Assembly (NCBI GenBank): GCA_965178125.1
Contig: OZ237758.1
Coordinates: 186,001 to 250,000, forward strand
Length of the DNA: 64,000 bases
DNA from: Bilabrum cf. latius
Lineage: Eukaryota
Direction of reading: 5' to 3'
Shown here: one piece after another, positions 46,627 through 58,082 of the stretch
Numbering within the stretch: the first letter of the stretch is position 1
Layout: every line of letters begins with the position of its first letter
Notes under the pieces: generated by a model
Databases searched by the model: none
Told to the model about the DNA's origin: nothing
The model's input: only the letters and a program-made list of their open reading frames with translations
Position numbers and translations under genes: made by a program

Positions 46627-49600
46627 ATGTCCGGGAATTGGGGACAAGGGGGACCGTCAGGGAACGGCAACGGGCCAAGGCCAGGTTTGGGCCATGGATC
46701 CCAACTGCCACCTCATCTGGCGGGCGCTCGAGGCCCTCCAGTCGGCGGAATGCAGCAGTAGTTCGGTATTAATCCAATGGGCGGCGGTGCACGGCCGGGA
46801 TTTGGGCTTGGTGGGGGAGGGCTGCCTCCGCACATGCAAGCCATGGGCCGGCCTGGCATGCCGATGCCTGGCTTTCCAATGGGAGGTATGCCGGGGATGC
46901 AAGGGCGTCCAGGCATGCCAGGTATGGGACCTGGTGCCCCGGGTGGATTTGCAGGTCGCCCAATGCCTGGCATGGGCTTGCCTCCGCACATGCTCGGAGT
47001 CCCGGGTGCTCGCCCCATGCCCATGGGAGGGCATCCGGGGGGAATGATGTCTGCCCGCCCCGCCATGGGCTCGGTACCCCCGCGACTACCCCCCGGGGTG
47101 TTGCCGCCTGGTGCTGGGGGCGCTCTTCCCCCAGGTGTAACGAGGGGCCACGCCCAAGGCGGATCGAGCGGGGCAGGAGCAGGAGCTGGCCTGCAGGTTC
47201 GCTTCGCGGGCGGGAGTGTCCCTATGTCGGACGATGGAAGCGGCCCTTCCATGCAGGAAGTGGCCTCCTCCAGCCACTTCGTCTCCCAGACCACCGGGGC
47301 GGGGGGCGGCGCAGTGCTCGCCGCGCCGAGGCGGCAGAAAACGATCGTGAGACACACGAGAACCATGCCGCAGCCAAGAATCACATTGAGACATCCTCGC
47401 CGCAGCCCCTTAGGCTCGATCGCCCGGGAATCTCATGTTCAACTCCTGCCTGCCCCTCGACTGCAGCCGTCCCACGACCATAGCTCCGCCTGTTTGCCCC
47501 CTTACTTGTCCCCGCAGCAACAGCAGAGGGAGGAGAGACTCCGGGCCTGGAAGCGGGCCACCAAGGCCAGGCACTCCCAGAGAGCGTCCTCCTCCGCGGG
47601 GGGTCACGCCGGAGGTGACGCGGGTCAGAAGGAGGAGATGCCGCCCGAGCACGTCCGCAAGACGGTGCGGGACCACGGGGACATGTCCGCCAAGAAGTTC
47701 CAGAAGGAGAAGAGGGTCTACCTGGGCGCCCTCAAGTACGTGCCCCACGCCATCCTGAAGCTGCTGGAGAACATGCCCATGCCCTGGGAGTCCGAGCGCA
47801 AGGTCAAGGTGCTCTACCACGTCACCGGCGCCATCACCTTCGTCAACGAGGTGCCACGGGTGATCGAGCCAGTGTACCAGGCGCAGTGGGCCTCCATGTG
47901 GGTCATGATGCGCAAGGAGAAGACCGACCGCAGGCACTTCAAGCGCATCCGGTTTCCCATCTTCGACGACGAGGAGCCCCCCATCGACTACCAGGAGAAC
48001 ATCCTGGAGATCGAGCCCCCGGAGCCGATCCGCATGGTGCTGGACCCAGAAGACGACGCGGCGGTGGCCGACTGGTTCTACGACCACAAGCCCTTGCAAT
48101 ACGACCGGACCGCCACGAACGGCCCCTCGTACCGCCGCTGGCGGCTCACCGTGGCGCAGCTGACTGCCCTCCACCGGCTGGCCTCCCCCTTGCTGAGCGA
48201 TGCCGAGGTGGACAAGAACAGCAAGCACCTCTTCGACCTGCGGTCCTTCTACACCGCAAAGGCCCTCAACGTGGCCATCCCTGGCGGGCCCAAGTTCGAG
48301 CCGCTCTTCCCAGACACCAAGGAGGACGACATGGACTGGACCGAGTTCAACGACATCCGCAAGATCATCGTGCGCTCCCCCATCCGCACAGAGTACAGGG
48401 TGGCTTACCCGCACCTGTACAACTCCAGGCCCCGCGCCGTGCACCCCCCTCACTTCCACTACCCCGCTTCCGTGTACATCAAGGCAGAGGACATCGACCA
48501 GCCGGCCTTCTACTGGGACCCTGTCCTGAACCCCATCACCATGTACTCGCACAAGGTGCAGTAGGACGCTGAGGACAAGCGGAGGCTCGAGGCGGCCAGG
48601 AGGGCGGCACGCAGGGGGCGGGGCCTGCTGCGTGCCGAGGACGCCAGGAGGACTGGCTGGGGCACGGCGGGGGACGTGGCCCAGGCCATGGCGCAGGACC
48701 AGGAGACCAGGGCCGCGGTGGACTCGGCCGGCGGGGATCCCCTGGCCGTTGCGAGGCGCAGGCGGCTCGCGAGAGAGGCGGAGGAGGAGCGGATGGGCGC
48801 GGGGGCGGCCGGCGGGTCTGCGTCCTCCTTCGGCATGGCTGGGTTTGGCATGGCCGGGACTGGGCGGGGCGCCAGCACGGGCTCCCTGCGAGGGGGCAAG
48901 CATCGCTTCGACCGGTCGGATCCCGCGCGGTGGGAGCCGTCGCTGCGGGCCGCTGCTGACGTGGAGGAGGACCAGGAGCCTCTCAGCATGGCGGGGCGGG
49001 GCGCGCTGGGGGTGCCTCTGCTGGCCCGGGTGCACATCTCGAACGAGCTGACGGCAGATGCCATCGCCCTGTACCACGCCTAGGCCCCTTTCAACCAGAG
49101 GAGCGGGTACACGCGGCGGGCCATCGACGTGCCGCTGGTGCAGAGCTGGTACCAGGAGAGGTGTCCCCCCGGCATGCCGGTCAAGGTGCGCGTCTCATAC
49201 CAGAAGCTGCTCAAGGGCTGGGTCCTGAACGCGCTCAAGAAGAAGGCCATCCGGCCCACAAGCAAGCGCAGCCTGCTCAAGGAGCTCAAGAAGACCAAGT
49301 TCTTTCAGTGCACGCAGCTCGACTGGGTGGAGGCCGGCCTGCAGGTGTGCCGCCAGGGCTACAACATGCTCAACCTGCTCATCCAGAGGAAGCGGCTGTA
49401 CTACCTGCACCTGGACTACAACTTCAACCTCAAGCCCACCAAGACGCTCACCACGAAAGAGCGGAAGAAGGGCCGGTTCGGGAACGCCTTCCACCTCATC
49501 AGGGAGATCCTTCGTCTCACCAAGCTCGTGGTGGACGCACACGTTCAGTTCCGCATGGGCAACATCGACGCGTACCGGCTGGCGGACGGGCTGCAGTACA

Positions 49601-52600
49601 CGTTCGCGCACGTGGGCCAGCTCACGGGCATGTACCGGTACAAGTACCGGCTCATGCGGCAGATCCGCATGTGCAAGGACCTCAAGCACCTCATCTACTA
49701 CCGGTTTAACACGGGACCGGTGGGCAAGGGGCCTGGCGTCGGGTTCTGGGCCCCGGGGTGGCGCGTGTGGATCTTCTTCTTGCACGGCATGGTGCCCCTC
49801 CTGGAGAAGTGGCTCGGCAGCTTGCTGGCCCGTCAGTTCCAGGGCAGGGGCAACCGGCAGAAGAGCATCACGCTGACCAAACAGAGGGTGGAGAGCCACT
49901 ACGACCTGGAGCTGAGGGCGGCCGTCTTCCACGACATCGTGGACATGATGCCCGAGGGCATCCGCAGGACCAAGGCCCGGGTCATCCTGCAGCACCTCAG
50001 CGAGGCCTGGAGGTGCTGGAAGGCCAACGTGCCATGGAAGGTGCCTGGGATGCCCGTGCCCGTGGAGAACATGATCCTGCGCTACGTCAAGGCCAAGGCG
50101 GACTGGTGGACGAACGTCGCCCACTATAACCGCGAGAGGATCGCGAGAGGCGCCACGGTGGACAAGACCGTCGCGAGGAAGAACCTCGGGCGGCTGACCC
50201 GGCTGTGGCTCAAGGCCGAGCAGGAGCGGCAGCACAACTACCTCAAGGATGGACCCTACCTGTCCAAGGAGGAGGCAGTGGCGATCCACGCCACCACGGT
50301 GCACTGGCTCGAGTCCCGGCGGTTCGTGCCCATCCCTTTGCCCCCAATCAACTACAAGCACGACACCAAGCTGCTGATCCTGGCCCTGGAGAGGCTCAAG
50401 GAGGGCTTCATCAACAAGATCAAGCTGAACCAGTCCGAGCGGGAGCAGCTGGGCCTCGTGGAGCAGGGCTTCGACAACCCGCACGAGACCCTGACCATGA
50501 TCAAGCGCAGCCTCCTGCGGCAGCAGGCATTCAAGGAGGTGGGCATCGAGTTCTTCGACCACTTCAGCTACATCAGCCCCGTGTACGCCATCGAGCCGAG
50601 AGAGAAGCTCACGGACGCCTACTTGGACCAGTACCTCTGGTACGAGGCCACCAAGAGGAGGCTCTTCCCGAACTGGGTCAAGCCATCGGACGCGGAGCCC
50701 CCTCCGCTGCTCGTGTACAAGTGGTGCGAGGGTGTGAACAACCTGAGGGGCGTGTGGGAGACGGGCCAGGGGCAGTGCGTGGTGATGCTGCAGACCAAGC
50801 TGGAGCAGCTGCACGAGAAGATGGACCTCATGGTCTTCAACAGCCTGCTCAAGCTCGTGGTGGACCACAACATGGCCAACTACATGACAGGCAAGACCAA
50901 TGTGCAGCTGGCCTACAAGGACATGCAGCACGTCAACCACTTTGGTCTCATCCGCGGGCTGTCCTTCTCCTCCTTCATGTACCAGTACTACTCGCTCATC
51001 GTGGACCTGCTGCTGCTGGGCCTCACTAGGGCATCGGACATTGCGGGCACCCCGCAGCGGCCCAACCCCTTCCTGACCTTCGCTGACGACGACACGGAGA
51101 AGAGGCACCCCATCCGGCTGTACATGCGCTACCTGGACAAGGTCTACATGCTGCTGATGCTGTCGGCGGACGAGAGCAGGGACCTCATCCAGAGGTACCT
51201 CACGGAGCACCCGGACCCCAACAGCGAGAGCTACGTGGGCTACAAGAACAAGCGGTGCTGGCCCAGGGACGCTCGCATGCGGCTCATGAAGCACGACGTG
51301 AACCTGGGGAGGGCGGTCTTCTGGGAGATGAAGAACCGGCTGCCGCGTGCCATCACCACGCTGGAGTGGGACAACTCGTTCGTCAGCGTGTACAGCAAGG
51401 ACAATCCCAACCTGCTGCTCGACATGGCCGGCTTCGAGGTGAGAATCCTGCCCAAGTGCCGCGTGGCGCAGGGCGAGTTCCAGCACAAGGACGGGGTGTG
51501 GAATCTGCAGGACGAGGTGACCAAGGAGCGTACCGCGCAGGCGTTCCTCCGCGTCGAGGAGCGGGCCATCCGCGAGTTCGAAAACCGGATCAGGTACGTG
51601 CTCATGTCCTCGGGCAGCGCGACCTTCACCAAGATCGCAAACAAGTGGAACACGAGCCTCATCAGCCTGATGGCCTACTACAGGGAGGCCGTCGTGCACA
51701 CGCAGGAGCTGCTGGACCTCCTTGTCAAGTGCGAGAACAAGATCCAGACCAGGGTGAAGATCGCGCTCAACTCCAAGATGCCTAACCGGTTTCCCCCCGT
51801 GGTGTTTTACACCCCCAAGGAGCTGGGCGGGCTCGGCATGCTGTCCATGGGACACATCCTCATCCCGCAGAGCGACCTGCGGTACAGCAAGCAGACCGAG
51901 ACGGGCGTGACCCATTTCCGCGCAGGGATGTCGCACGACGAGGACACGCTCATCCCTAACCTCTACAGGTACATTCTGCCCTGGGAGTCGGAGTTTCTGG
52001 ACAGCCAAAGGGTGTGGGCAGAGTACGCAGGCAAGCGGGAGGAAGCCACCCGGCAGAACCGCCGGCTCACGGTGGAGGACCTCGATGACGCCTGGGACCG
52101 CGGCATCCCTCGGATCAACACGCTGTTCCAGAAGGACAGGCACACGCTGGCCTACGACAAGGGCTGGCGCATCCGCACGGAATTCCGCCAGTTCCAGGTG
52201 ATGCGGTCTGACCCCTTCTGGTGGACGTAGGTGCGCCACGACGGAAAGCTCTGGAACCTGAACAACTACAGGACGGATGTGATCCAGGCGCTGGGCGGCG
52301 TAGAGACCATTTTGGAGCACACGATGTTCAAGGGGACGTACTTTCCCACGTGGGAGGGGCTCTTCTGGGAGAGGGCAAGCGGCTTCGAGGAGGCCATGAA
52401 GTACAAGAAGATCACGCAGGCGCAGAGGTCCGGGCTCAACCAGATCCCCAACCGGCGCTTCACGCTGTGGTGGAGCCCCACGATCAACCGCGCCAACGTG
52501 TACATCGGATTCCAGGTCCAGCTGGACCTGACGGGCATCTTTATGCACGGCAAGATCCCCACGCTCAAGATCAGCCTGATCCAGATCTTCAGGGCGCATC

Positions 52601-54993
52601 TGTGGCAGAAGATCCACGAGGGCATCGTGATGGATCTGTGCCAGGTCTTCGACCAGGAGCTGGACACGCTGCAGCTGGAGACGGTGCAGAAGGAGACCAT
52701 CCACCCGAGGAAGAGCTACAAGATGAACAGCTCCTGCGCCGACATGCTGCTCTTCGCCAGCTACAAGTGGAGGGTCAGCGACACGTCGCTCCTGCACGAC
52801 GCCAACGACACCTTCGACGGCACCACGACCAACAAGTACTGGGTCGACGTGCAGCTGAGGTGGGGCGACTACGACTCGCACGACATCGAGAGGTACTGCC
52901 GGGCCAAGTTCCTCGACTACACCACGGACAGCACCTCCATCTACCCCTCCCCGACCGGGGTGCTGCTGGGCGTGGACCTGTGCTACAACCAGTACAGCGG
53001 ATACGGGCAGTGGTTCCCCGGCTGCAAGCCCCTCATGCAGCAGGCCATGGCCAAGATCATGCAGGCCAACCCCGCGCTGTTCGTCCTCCGCGAGAGGGTG
53101 CGCAAGAGCCTGCAGCTCTTCTCCTCTGAGCCCACGGAGCCCAACCTCTCGAGCCAGAACTTCACGGACCTGTTCACGGACCAGATCATCTGGTTCGTGG
53201 ACGACACGAACGTGTACCGGGTGAGCATCCACAAGACGTTCGAGGGCAACACCACGAGCAAGCCCATCAACGGCGCGGTCCTCATCCTCAACCCCAAGGA
53301 CGGCACGCTCTTCATGCGGATCATCCACACGGACACGTGGAAGGGGCAGAAGCGGCTCTCCTCCCTCGCGAAGTGGAAGACCTCGGAGGTGGTGGCCGCG
53401 CTCATCCGCAGCCTCCCGGTGACGGAGCACCCCAAGCAGATCATCATCACGCGTCGGTCCCTCATGCCCTCGCTCGAGATCAACATGCTGGACTTCCCCA
53501 ACATCATCCTCAAGAGCTCCGACCTGCAGCTGCCCTTCCAGGCTCTCCTCTCGGTGGAGCTGCTGGGCGACAGGGTTATCCGCGCCCCCAAGGCGGAGAT
53601 GGTCATCTGCAGCGCCTACGACGACTGGCGCAACAGCATCAAGTCGCACACGGCCTTCTCCAGGCTGATGCTGATCCTGCGCGCCCTCCACGAGTCCATC
53701 GAGGAGGCGAGGGCCATCCTCAAGCCGGACAAGACCGTGATCACGGAGCCGGGGCACCTCTGGCCCACCCTGTCGGACGAGGAATGGGCCAAGGTGGAGA
53801 TCCAGCTCAAGGACCTCATCCTGCAGATGTACGGCCGCAAGAACAACGTCAACGTGGCGTCGCTGACCAACTCGGAGATCAGGGACATCATCCTGGGCGC
53901 GGACATCGCGCCGCCTTCCCAGCAGAGGCAGCAGATCGCGGAGATCGAGAAGCAGGCCAAGCAGCAGACGCAGATGACCGAGACCACGACCAAGAGCTTC
54001 AACATCCACGGGGACGAGATCGTCGTTGCCACGCAGTCCAACTACGAGCAGGACGCGTTCGCCTCCCGCACGGACTGGAGGCGTAGGGCCCTCCTGGCTG
54101 GCTCGCTGCACCAGCGAACCAGGAACGTGTACGTCACGGGGGCGGATCTCGAGGACGAGGGCACCACGTACGTGCTGCCCAACAACGTCCTGCGCAAGTT
54201 TGTGGCCGCCAGCGACCTGAGGACGCAGATCGCGGGGTTCTTGTACGGTTCCTCTCCCGAGGGCAGCACCACGATCAAGGACGTGCAGTACATCGCCATG
54301 CCCCCGCAGACGGGCACTCACCAGAACGTGACGCTCCCCGAGCAGCTGCCCCGGCCGGACCCCCTCACGGAGGGCTTGGAGCTGCTGGGCTGGATCCACA
54401 CGCAGCCGGCCGAGGCCCCCTTCTTGAGCTCGTTCGATGTGGTGACGCACGCCAAGCTCATGGAGTCCCACGGGAGCTCCTTCCCACGCGACCCCGTGGT
54501 GGTGACGTGCAGCTTCGCGCCTGGCTCGGTGTCTCTCAGCGCGTACACGGTGACGGAGGAGGGGCTCAAGTGGGGCAGGGCCAACAGGGACAAGGGCGGG
54601 CAGGACCCGACAGGGTTCTCGGGTCCGGCCATGTGCAGCAAGGCACAGGTGCACCTCAGCGACGCGTTCCGGGGCGCTTTCCTGCTCCCAGCGGAGGGCG
54701 TGTGGAACTACAACTTCATGGGTACGAGGTTCGCCCCAGGGGAGCCGTATGGCCTGCGGCTGGGCAACCCCGAGCCGTTCTACCACGCCTCCCACCGACC
54801 GACGCACTTTTTGCAGTTTACACAAGCGGCGGGGGGCAAGTCGGGCGGTGGCGGAGGCAGCGGCAGCGGGCGGGGCCCTGCCCAGGCCGCCGGTGGCTCC
54901 GACGGCGAGGACTCAACGACGGAGGAGGACCTTATCGCCAAGGTGGGTCGCATGATGGACACCGAGGCTGATATGGAGGACTTTTTCGCGTGA
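46627..54993 (+). CDS. PRPF8: Pre-mRNA-processing factor 8, about 2,730 aa; 4 in-frame TAG; probable in-frame intron 47347-47517
   Basis: Unmistakable Prp8 sequence: [89 protein letters not shown] at 46759, 48562, 49081 and 52228. Ends in TGA. Confidence 0.97.
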
Positions 54994-55129
54994 TGCACTG
55001 CACTGCACTGCACTGCACCGGGTGCTCCACGTGCGCACGGACCCTACCCCTCGATGGCTGGCCCTCCCGTTGAGGAGGGCTGGGAGGAAGTGGGGGAAGG
55101 GAAGGGAAGGGAAGGGAAGGGAAGGGAAG
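54994..55129. repeat. Microsatellites (CTGCA)n and (GGGAA)n between the convergent Prp8 and esterase genes
   Basis: tgcactgcactgcactgcactgcac immediately after the Prp8 stop, and about 7 copies of gggaa at about 55094-55129. Confidence 0.8.
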
Positions 55130-55193
55130 AATATGTCTCAGCGGTCAAGTTGTGGTCGCTTGATTCTAGACCATCATTGTCAAAGTGACAGTC

Positions 55194-56186
55194 TCATGAA
55201 AGTACACTCGCTAGGAATTCGGCCGCGTATTTGGCGGCCCCCTCCGGCACGGCGTGGTCGAGCTTGCCGAACGTCTTGAGCTCCACCTTGCTGCCTCCCT
55301 CCGCGCTGCTTGCCTCTGGCAGGCCCGCCGCTTGTTTCCAGCATTCTGCTTGCCCCTGTGCCCGCTTCGCCCAGTCCCACGGCACGATGTTGTCTGCGCC
55401 GCCGTGCACGAACACGAGCGGTGTTTGAACACCAGCAGGGAGCGGTGAGTGGTCCCCTGCTGTCCCACTTTTCCCTCTCTCCTACTCCTTGGAGACAGGT
55501 CGTTTGTCACCAGTAAATAGTCCTTTTCCTTTCCAGTAGGTATCATTCTAGTCCATTGGCAAGTACCCGCCGAGCACGGCGGCGCCGCCAAGCGGGCAGG
55601 CTCCCGACCAGGTCATGCTGCTCGCAAGCGTCATTGCGCCGCCCATTGAGAATCCAATGAGCCCGCATTTCGTAGCAGGCAGCTTGAGTGCGTCCAGCTA
55701 CTCCCGAATGAGACTTTGCACGGCCTCGATGGCATCATCAAAGCCAACACATTTTTCGTCTACTCGATCTTTCCAAGATTTGCCCCCGCTAGTGTCTACC
55801 TACCGATCGTACCACGCTGGTACAGTTTTTGACATACCATCAATATCGACTATGCCCATCTTCCCAGACTTCGGGACTAATATTCTTGCTGTTGGAAACA
55901 AAATGCGCACAGCATCGTGCATTGACTTGCAGCTCTTAGACGAATCGTAGACATCTGACCCGAGCCCATGCAAAATCAAGACAACTAGATCTGGCGTGGT
56001 ATCAGCAGGGTCAAGTTGAAGGAACTGCAACCATCGTTTTGCGGCGAGGCACTCGTGATTTCCAAAATGAGCTGCGCAACTGAAATATGCGAAGCGATCA
56101 CTCCATTCCTTAGAAATTCGGTTCTAGTCAGCTTCGGAATACTCATGTCCTTTACCAGACAAAATTTCACTTGGGACGCCGGCCAT
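55194..56186 (-). CDS. Acyl-protein thioesterase / phospholipase-carboxylesterase, about 330 aa, 5 in-frame TAG
   Basis: VLILHGLGSD, RILFPTA, PAWYD, LIGFSMGGAM, GGYLP, VFVHGGADNIVP, KTFGKLDHAV, all in one frame. TAG at 56124, 55800, 55698, 55548 and 55482. Ends in TGA. Confidence 0.88.
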
Positions 56187-56817
56187 ACTTAAGCCGTAAT
56201 TTGAATCATTTGCCAGTTGCTCATCAAACCCCGGAACCCGGAAATGTAAGCAGCACGACAGCCCGGGACGGGCCCCGGGGCCCCGGGGCCCGGCCGCGGC
56301 GCGGTTACCGCGCTCCCCATAAGCCAGGCATGCTTTCACGGTTGCTGGGATGGTATATGATACAGCCGCATGCAACATCTTTGCAATTCACGAGCACTAC
56401 TGCATGCATCGCTGCTTCCAGAGGTAGGCTCGCTTGTGACACTTTGTGCTGCAGTGGCCCGGGTGTGATGACGAATGGCGCGAGTGGGGTGTCTGTCGGG
56501 TCGTTGGGTGCAGCTCCTGCGGGACGCCCTCTTTGCTGGTGTGACGAGTGAGCTCCCCGCGGACGGGTCCTATCCCGATGGACAGGGGCTGCTTGCCGAG
56601 ATTCATTGGGCGACTGTACTGCTGGCGGGAACGGCGCGGGAGTTGCGCACTGGATGCCTCGGCGGTGTGACATATGAAATGGTGCGATGAGTGGTGACAG
56701 CCAAGTGGGCTTTGAATGTCACGCGGGTGCTTGGGCGGGGTCACGATCGTGGTGCAGTGCTCGTGCGTCGTGCGGTTCGTGCTGCCTAACTACGCGATGG
56801 ACCAGAATGTTGCACCG

Positions 56818-56899
56818 GTGGAGCAGATGCAGGGGTGCAGTGGAGCAGATGCAGGGGTGCAGTGGAGCAGATGCAGGGGTGCAGTGGAGCAGATGCAGG
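56818..56899. repeat. 22-bp tandem repeat, about 3.7 copies (GTGGAGCAGATGCAGGGGTGCA)
   Basis: Exact copies start at 56818, 56840 and 56862, with a partial copy at 56884. Confidence 0.9.
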
Positions 56900-57071
56900 A
56901 GGGGCTGAGAAGTGAGGTCATCATGATGCGCCTCAGAACTTGACGAGGATGGACCCAGGCAGTGCCTGTGGTCAGGCCGAAGGTTCCGAGCCTCCAAGCG
57001 CCTCTCACACCCACAGCCCCGTTATGTTGAACAATTGCAAACACACGCCAATTTTTATTATTCATTATTTT

Positions 57072-57413
57072 TCATTCTTGCATTGCAAGGTACCCGCCCC
57101 GCAGGTTCAGCACCTCTTCGAAACCAAGCGCAACCATTACCTCTGCCGCTCGCAAGCTCCTGCCTCCTGACTTGCAGCTTAGAACGAGCACGTCAGTCTT
57201 TCCGGGCTTTGCGAATCCGTACCGCTCCTCAAATTCCTTTTCACGAAGGGATAAAGCCTCCGAGATCTCAGGAAGAGGCACGTTGAAGCTTCGCTCGGAT
57301 GTCAAGAGGCCAGTAGCCGCGATCTCGTCTTTGTTACGTACATCGATATTCGTGAACGCCTTGCCTTCCAAACCCATCTTTCGGAAATCATCAGGTTCAA
57401 TGGTCTTGACCAT
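57072..57413 (-). CDS. Single-domain rhodanese/thiosulfate sulfurtransferase, 113 aa
   Basis: IDVRNKDE, FNVPL, active-site loop SCKSGGRS, NLRGGY. Ends in TGA. Confidence 0.88.
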   Translation of the reverse strand: MVKTIEPDDFRKMGLEGKAFTNIDVRNKDEIAATGLLTSERSFNVPLPEISEALSLREKEFEERYGFAKPGKTDVLVLSCKSGGRSLRAAEVMVALGFEEVLNLRGGYLAMQE

Positions 57414-58082
57414 GCGATTTGACTGTGTCGCTGTGAGTGAGCATCACTGGCAGCTTCTCGGTTCCAGATGGATCAGCTGACCCGGTGGGCCAACGCGGAT
57501 CCGGAATCCGGATCATTTCGCAGAGGCCACGCCACGCAAGGGCTCGCATGCAAATGGCTTGCATTCATTTCCACCCATGCGTTGGCTACTCTTGCTCGTG
57601 CAATCTGCTCTCGTGGCACTTAGTAAGCGTCAATACCTCCCGTGGTACTAGATCTAGCAGCCTCGAGCAGCCTGCTTGCTGCTCTGTGTGCTCCGCCCCG
57701 CCCGCCGGCCCCTGCCACACCCGCACCTAGCACCGCTTGCACAGCCCAGACCAGCCCCCTTGCGGCACGTCTCGTCCCTTCTCCGTGCATGCCGCAATGC
57801 AATGCCGCTGAGCGCCCGCTCCATCCGGTTCCGCAACCTCACTGGCAGTCAGACTGGCCCAACCGGTTCGCCAAGGTGACACACCCAAGGATAAACGGGT
57901 CTGTATATGAATGCGCAGCCTAGGATTTCTCCCGTGGTTGCCCCGCTTACCCCGTAACCACCTTTAGACCACCCGATCACGCCAGACCGGAACACGGTCG
58001 CCTTTCTCCACTGGAGCAAACTATCAGTCCGTGTACTTTATCACAAAGTGTATACTAGTACACGCAGAATCAGGACACAATT

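Noticed and set aside
52350-52400. Prp8 intein
   Set aside because: The canonical fungal insertion site ([10 protein letters not shown]) is uninterrupted, and the N-terminal insertion lacks intein termini.
49195-54825. 1,876-aa antisense ORF (also others such as 41006-42052, 8056-9693 and 11962-13716)
   Set aside because: These are shadow ORFs produced by strong G/C-ending codon bias on the opposite coding strand. They have no recognisable motifs.
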